Shown: one piece after another, positions 59,852 through 64,000 of the stretch
How the letters are laid out: each line of letters begins with the position of its first letter
Numbering within the stretch: the stretch's first letter is position 1
Assembly: GCF_036396855.1 (NCBI RefSeq)
Contig: NZ_DASWKA010000030.1
Location: 12,103 to 76,102 of the forward strand
DNA from: Candidatus Deferrimicrobium sp.
GTDB lineage: Bacteria; Desulfobacterota; Deferrimicrobia; Deferrimicrobiales; Deferrimicrobiaceae
Direction: 5' to 3'
DNA: 64,000 nt
Position numbers and translations under genes: made by a program
Notes under the pieces: generated by a model
What the model saw: the letters and a program-made list of their open reading frames with translations, nothing else
What the model was told of the DNA's origin: nothing
Database searches by the model: none

Positions 59852-60997
59852 ATGCCGAAAACCTTGTTCCTCGCCTGCGGGGAGCCTTCGGGGGAGGCGT
59901 ACGCCGCGCGGGTGGCGCGCGCGTTCCGCGGCCGCTTTCCGGGCGTCCCGATGGAGGGGATCGGAAGCGCGCTTCTCGCGGCGGAAGGGGTGAGGATCCT
60001 GCGGGATTACGGCGACATCTCCGTCATCGGCGTCACGGAAGCGCTGCGGCGCCTTCCGGCGATCCGCGCGGCCCTTTCCGCGGTCACGGCGCGCGTGAGC
60101 CGACCCGACATCGGAGCGGTGCTGCTCGTCGACTTTCCCGACTTCAACTTCCGGGTGGGGAAAACCGCCGCGCGGCGCGGGATCCCCGTGGTCTATTACG
60201 TCCCCCCGCAGGTGTGGGCCTGGCGACCCGGCCGGGCGAAGACCCTCTCCCGGTTCACGAAGGGCGCGGTCGTCCTGTTCCCCTTCGAGGTCGCATTCCT
60301 TCGCGCAAGCGGCGTAAACGCCGTCTTCGCCGGACATCCGATTCTCGACGAGCTCGCCCCGTTCCTCGACGCGCCTCCCGACCCGGACCGGTTCGGGATC
60401 CCCCGGGGGAAGCGGGGGATCGGCCTGCTCCCGGGAAGCCGGTCGGGGGAAGTCGCCGCGCACCTTCCGATCCTGCTCGACGCCGCGCGCCTCCTCCTTC
60501 AACGGTTTCCCGACCTCCACTTCGCCCTTCCCGTGGCGCGTCCGGCGCTGCGTGAGGCGATCGCGCGCGAGGTCGCGGACTCGGGGCTTCCGGTCGCGCT
60601 GGTGGACGAGACGCGGCAACTCCTCTTCCGGGGGCTGGAGGCCGCGATCGCGGTTTCGGGAACCGTCACGCTCGAGCTTGCCCTGCTTGGCGTGCCGGCG
60701 GTCATCGTCTACCGGACCTCCTGGTTGAGCTACCAGGTCGGCCGTCGCCTGGCGAGGGTCGACTGCGTCGGCCTGCCCAACATCGCTTCAGGAGAGAAGT
60801 TCCTGCCGGAGTTGATCCAGGACGACTGCACTCCGCAGCGGATCGCCGTCGCCCTCGGGGAGATCCTGTCCGATCCGGCGCACAGGGAGCGTCTGCGCGC
60901 GATGGGGCTCTCGCTGCGTTCGATCCTCCGCGGCCCGGGTCCCACGGAGGCGGTCGTTTCGATGCTGGGGAGGGAGGCGGCGGAAGGATGGGCGTGA
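59852..60997 (+). CDS. lpxB: Lipid-A-disaccharide synthase
   Basis: 381 aa with GEPSGE and VVYYV.PQVWAWR motifs. Confidence 0.95.
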   Translation: MPKTLFLACGEPSGEAYAARVARAFRGRFPGVPMEGIGSALLAAEGVRILRDYGDISVIGVTEALRRLPAIRAALSAVTARVSRPDIGAVLLVDFPDFNFRVGKTAARRGIPVVYYVPPQVWAWRPGRAKTLSRFTKGAVVLFPFEVAFLRASGVNAVFAGHPILDELAPFLDAPPDPDRFGIPRGKRGIGLLPGSRSGEVAAHLPILLDAARLLLQRFPDLHFALPVARPALREAIAREVADSGLPVALVDETRQLLFRGLEAAIAVSGTVTLELALLGVPAVIVYRTSWLSYQVGRRLARVDCVGLPNIASGEKFLPELIQDDCTPQRIAVALGEILSDPAHRERLRAMGLSLRSILRGPGPTEAVVSMLGREAAEGWA

Positions 60998-62757
60998 GCC
61001 TGTACCGGCGGATGCTCGAGTACACCCGGCCGTACGTTCCGAGGCTCCTCCTCGCGATGCTCGTGATGGTCGGGGTGTCGGCTCTCAGCGGCTCTACCGC
61101 CTTCCTCGTGAAACCGATCCTCGACGACATCTTCATCCGGAAGGACGCCGCCCAGCTGACGTACATCCCGCTCCTGGTGCTGGCGATCTACATCGTCCGC
61201 GGGCTGCTCGAGTTCACCCAGAGCTACCTGATGGCCGGGGTTGGGCAGCGGGTGGTGCGGGACATCCGCGATCACCTGTACCGCCACCTGCAGTCGCTGT
61301 CGCTCTCGTTCTACCTCAGGCATCCCACCGGGGTCCTGATGTCCCGCGTCCTGAACGACGTCGGCCTGATGCAGAGCGCGATCACCGACGCCGCCACCGG
61401 GCTCGTCAAGGACATCTTCACCGCGGGGTTTCTCATTTTCGTCATCTTCTATCGCGACTGGAAACTCGCGCTGATCGCCCTGGTCGTCTTCCCGCTCGCC
61501 TTCTGGCCGATCGCCCGCTTCGGCCGGAAGCTGCGGCGGACGAGCGTCCGGGCACAGGAGATCACGGGGGGCCTCTCGTCCCATCTGCAGGAGACGATCA
61601 GCGGGGCGAAGCTCGTGAAGTCGTTCGGGGCCGAGACCTACGAGACGGAGCGGTTCTCCCTCCGGAACAACGAGCTGTTCCGCCTGAGCATGAAGGTCGT
61701 GAAGGTGCAGGCGATGACCTCCCCGCTTTCCGAGATGTTCGCCGGGGTCGGGGCGGCGGCGGTCATCTACTACGGCGGCCACAGCGTGGTGAACGGCCAC
61801 AGCACGGCGGGTAATTTCTTCTCCTTCATCACTGCGCTGTTCATGCTCTACGAGCCCGTGAAGCGGCTCTCCCGGATCAACAACGTCGTCCAGCAGGGGC
61901 TCGCCGCCGGTGGTCGCGTTTTCGAGGTGATCGACACGCTGCCCGAAGTGTGCGAGGCGGCGGGTGCGGTCGCGCTCGGTCCGATCACGAAGGAGATCTT
62001 CTTCGATCGCGTCGATTTCCGGTACGCCCCGGGAGGGGAAGCGGTCCTGAAGGAGATCGACTTCCGTGTCCCGGCCGGGACGATGGTCGCCATCGTCGGC
62101 TCCAGCGGGGCGGGGAAGTCCACGCTGGTCGACCTGATCCCGCGGTTCTACGACCCGCAGGAGGGAGTGATCCGGATCGACGGGGTCGACGTCCGGAACG
62201 TCACGCTCGCTTCCCTGCGCGAGCAGATCGGTATCGTGAGCCAGCACACGGTGCTCTTCAACGACACGATCCGGAACAACATCGCCTACGGGATGCCCGA
62301 CGCCCCGATGGAGAAGGTCGTCGAGGCGGCGCGCCGCGCGAACGCGCACCCGTTCATCGAGCGGATGCCCGACGGGTACGGGACGGTCGTGGGGGAGCAG
62401 GGGCTGCGGCTGTCCGGAGGGGAGCGGCAGCGCCTCGCGATCGCCCGGGCGCTGCTGAAGGACGCCCCGCTGCTCATCCTCGACGAGGCGACCTCCGCGC
62501 TCGACACCGAATCGGAGCACGTTGTGCAGGAGGCGCTGGACGCCCTCATGCGCGGCCGGACGACCTTCGTCATCGCCCACCGGCTCTCCACGGTCCGCAA
62601 CGCGGACGTGATCTTCGTGGTGGAGGACGGGCGCATCGTCGAGCGGGGGCGGCACGAGGACCTTCTCTCCCGGGAGTCCCGCTACCGCTCCTTCTACCTG
62701 AAGCAGTTCGAGGAGCGGAAGGCCGATCTCCCGGATGGCGAAGCGGGAACACGCTGA
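60988..62757 (+). CDS. msbA: Lipid A export ABC transporter MsbA-like (permease + ATPase)
   Basis: 589 aa with six TM helices. It has a Walker A (GSSGAGKST), LSGGERQR and ILDEATSALD. Confidence 0.9.
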   Translation: MGVSLYRRMLEYTRPYVPRLLLAMLVMVGVSALSGSTAFLVKPILDDIFIRKDAAQLTYIPLLVLAIYIVRGLLEFTQSYLMAGVGQRVVRDIRDHLYRHLQSLSLSFYLRHPTGVLMSRVLNDVGLMQSAITDAATGLVKDIFTAGFLIFVIFYRDWKLALIALVVFPLAFWPIARFGRKLRRTSVRAQEITGGLSSHLQETISGAKLVKSFGAETYETERFSLRNNELFRLSMKVVKVQAMTSPLSEMFAGVGAAAVIYYGGHSVVNGHSTAGNFFSFITALFMLYEPVKRLSRINNVVQQGLAAGGRVFEVIDTLPEVCEAAGAVALGPITKEIFFDRVDFRYAPGGEAVLKEIDFRVPAGTMVAIVGSSGAGKSTLVDLIPRFYDPQEGVIRIDGVDVRNVTLASLREQIGIVSQHTVLFNDTIRNNIAYGMPDAPMEKVVEAARRANAHPFIERMPDGYGTVVGEQGLRLSGGERQRLAIARALLKDAPLLILDEATSALDTESEHVVQEALDALMRGRTTFVIAHRLSTVRNADVIFVVEDGRIVERGRHEDLLSRESRYRSFYLKQFEERKADLPDGEAGTR

Positions 62758-62911
62758 GTGGACCATTTCATAAATACGGCAACGAATCCGAAGAGCGATC
62801 CCGGAAGGCGCCTGGCCTCCGGGACTCCCCCTACGGCTGCGCTGCCTCGGAGGGGAGCTCCGTTCGTGGCTCGCCGTGCGGTGAACCCGCACGGCTGGCA
62901 CCGGCCTCACT

Positions 62912-62954
62912 GTGCCCCCCGTTCTTCCTACGGCGGGGGTACCCCGGCAGCGCG
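62912..62954. repeat. Partial third copy of the R-element 5' module
   Basis: gtgccccc...gggggtaccccggcagcgcg compares with gtgcccccgaagggggtaccccagggagcgcg at 10387 and with the copy at 15465. Confidence 0.4.
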
Positions 62955-63072
62955 AAGCTCGTACCGGGGCGCCCCCCTCCTGCGGCTGCTCCGCCGGGCC
63001 CAACCGTTACGTGCGCCTTCCGTGCTGTCTTCACGATATGTCGCCGTACATGTGTTTGGGAGTTTATAGGTA

Positions 63073-64000
63073 ATGGGTCGCCCGTTCCTCCCCGGAAGCC
63101 CGGGGCATCTTCTCTACAACTTCCTGCTCGGGACGGGACTTATCGTCGGCGCTCCCGCCTGGATCCCGTGGGTCCTCCTCTCGCGGAAGCGGAGGGCGAA
63201 CCTCCCGGACCGGGTCGGACTGCGCGGCGGTCCCCGGCGGGCGCCCATCGACGGACGCCCGACCGTGTGGGTTCATGCGGTATCCGTGGGGGAGACCCTC
63301 GCGGCCGTTCCCCTCCTTCGCCTGCTGCGCCTTCGCGTCGCCGACGCCCGGCTCCTCGTCTCGAGCGTGACGCTCACCGGGCGGGAGACGGCGGTCAAAT
63401 CCCTCTCCGGAATCGTCGACGAAGGATTCTACTTTCCGTTCGACCTTCCGGGTCTCTGCGGGAGCTTCCTCGACCGGGTTCGGCCGGACGTCGTGGTGAT
63501 CGTCGAGACCGAGATCTGGCCCAACTTCATCGCCGCGTGCGCACGCCGCGGGGTTTCCGTCGTGATCGTCAACGGCCGTTTGTCGAAGCGCTCGTTCGTC
63601 GGATATATGCGGTTCCGATGGTTCTTCGCTCCCATCCTCCGGACGCTTCGGACGATCTCGGCCCAGACCTCGGAGGATGCGGAGCGGTTCGTCGCCCTGG
63701 GGGCCCCGCGGGACATCGTCACCGTTGGGGGGAACCTGAAGTTCGACGTTTCCCCCCCCGAATCCGGCGCGTCGCCGCTATCGGCCATGCTCCTGCGGGA
63801 GAAGGCCGCGGGAGCCGCGTGGATCGTCGCAGGTTCGACGCACGACGGCGAGGAGGCGCAGCTACTGCGGGCGTTCCTCACAGCGCGGGAGAGGAACCCA
63901 TCGATTCGGCTCCTCCTCGCGCCGCGCCACCCGGAGCGATTCGACGCTGTCGAGGCCCTCGTCCTCAGGGAGGGCGTTTCCTTGGTACGCCGCACGTCGA
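63073..64000 (+). CDS. waaA: 3-deoxy-D-manno-octulosonic acid transferase (partial, runs off window end)
   Basis: Absent from the ORF track because no stop lies in the window. ATG at 63073. Translation MGRPFLPGSPGHLLYNFLL...VWVHAVSVGE...VIVETEIWPN...VNGRLS is typical of KdtA/WaaA. Confidence 0.85.
   Translation, partial: MGRPFLPGSPGHLLYNFLLGTGLIVGAPAWIPWVLLSRKRRANLPDRVGLRGGPRRAPIDGRPTVWVHAVSVGETLAAVPLLRLLRLRVADARLLVSSVTLTGRETAVKSLSGIVDEGFYFPFDLPGLCGSFLDRVRPDVVVIVETEIWPNFIAACARRGVSVVIVNGRLSKRSFVGYMRFRWFFAPILRTLRTISAQTSEDAERFVALGAPRDIVTVGGNLKFDVSPPESGASPLSAMLLREKAAGAAWIVAGSTHDGEEAQLLRAFLTARERNPSIRLLLAPRHPERFDAVEALVLREGVSLVRRTS

Noticed and set aside
62758-63069. 103-aa ORF between msbA and waaA.
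   Set aside because: It has a GTG start with no SD. The translation is Arg/Pro/Ala-rich and coincides with GC hairpins and a repeat module. Most likely non-coding.

Overview
GC-rich chromosomal segment from a Gram-negative bacterium. The gene order (fab-rpiB-glyA-nrdR-rib-nusB-leuS-lptE-holA, thiH, T2SS, lpx/bam/lol) resembles Geobacter/Desulfuromonadota-type deltaproteobacteria; this is inferred from synteny only. Most of the window is conserved core. It holds the end of a T2SS operon (two gspC paralogs and gspD), glnS, and a TPP-riboswitch-controlled thiS-G-H-E operon. A long, tightly coupled operon follows: yceD-rpmF-plsX-fabH-fabD-fabG-acpP-fabF-(rpiB::glyA fusion ORF)-dCMP deaminase-nrdR-ribD-ribE-ribBA-ribH-nusB-leuS-lptE-holA. 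The remaining core genes are rpsT, mazG, phoH-(7TM-HD)-ybeY-lnt-prfB(+1 frameshift)-lysS-lolCE-lolD-bamA-skp-lpxD-fabZ-lpxA-lpxB-msbA-waaA. Many neighbouring genes overlap by 4 nt (ATGA/GTGA). The accessory part lies at about 6.9-21.8 kb. It holds three PAS/HisKA/HATPase/REC hybrid histidine kinases, one with a plant-type ethylene-binding domain, plus an in-frame collapsed relic of a fourth. It also holds a periplasmic rhodanese with an in-frame UGA and a SECIS-like hairpin (probable selenoprotein), a beta-carbonic anhydrase, and three copies of the 3' part of tRNA-Glu. A 6.15-kb integrase-less, phage-satellite-like island (rep-like gene with internal iterons, HNH, small terminase, HK97-type capsid protein, AT-rich secreted cargo) abuts the intact tRNA-Glu(CUC)/tRNA-Gln(CUG)/gltX. 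The strongest signal not explained by genes is a 166-nt structured element present twice, between skp and lpxD and between lpxA and lpxB. Eight of the ten differences between the copies fall in paired positions of the long closing stem (three full compensatory base-pair swaps, plus one mismatch converted to a pair). The upstream gene's stop codon lies in one arm of that stem and the downstream gene's start lies in or next to the other arm. Other non-genic signals are tandem 116-bp hairpin repeats in front of ybeY, a phased DnaA-box cluster upstream of rpsT, and a dispersed GGGGGTACCCC-containing repeat family. No CRISPR array, rRNA gene or intact integrase/transposase was seen.
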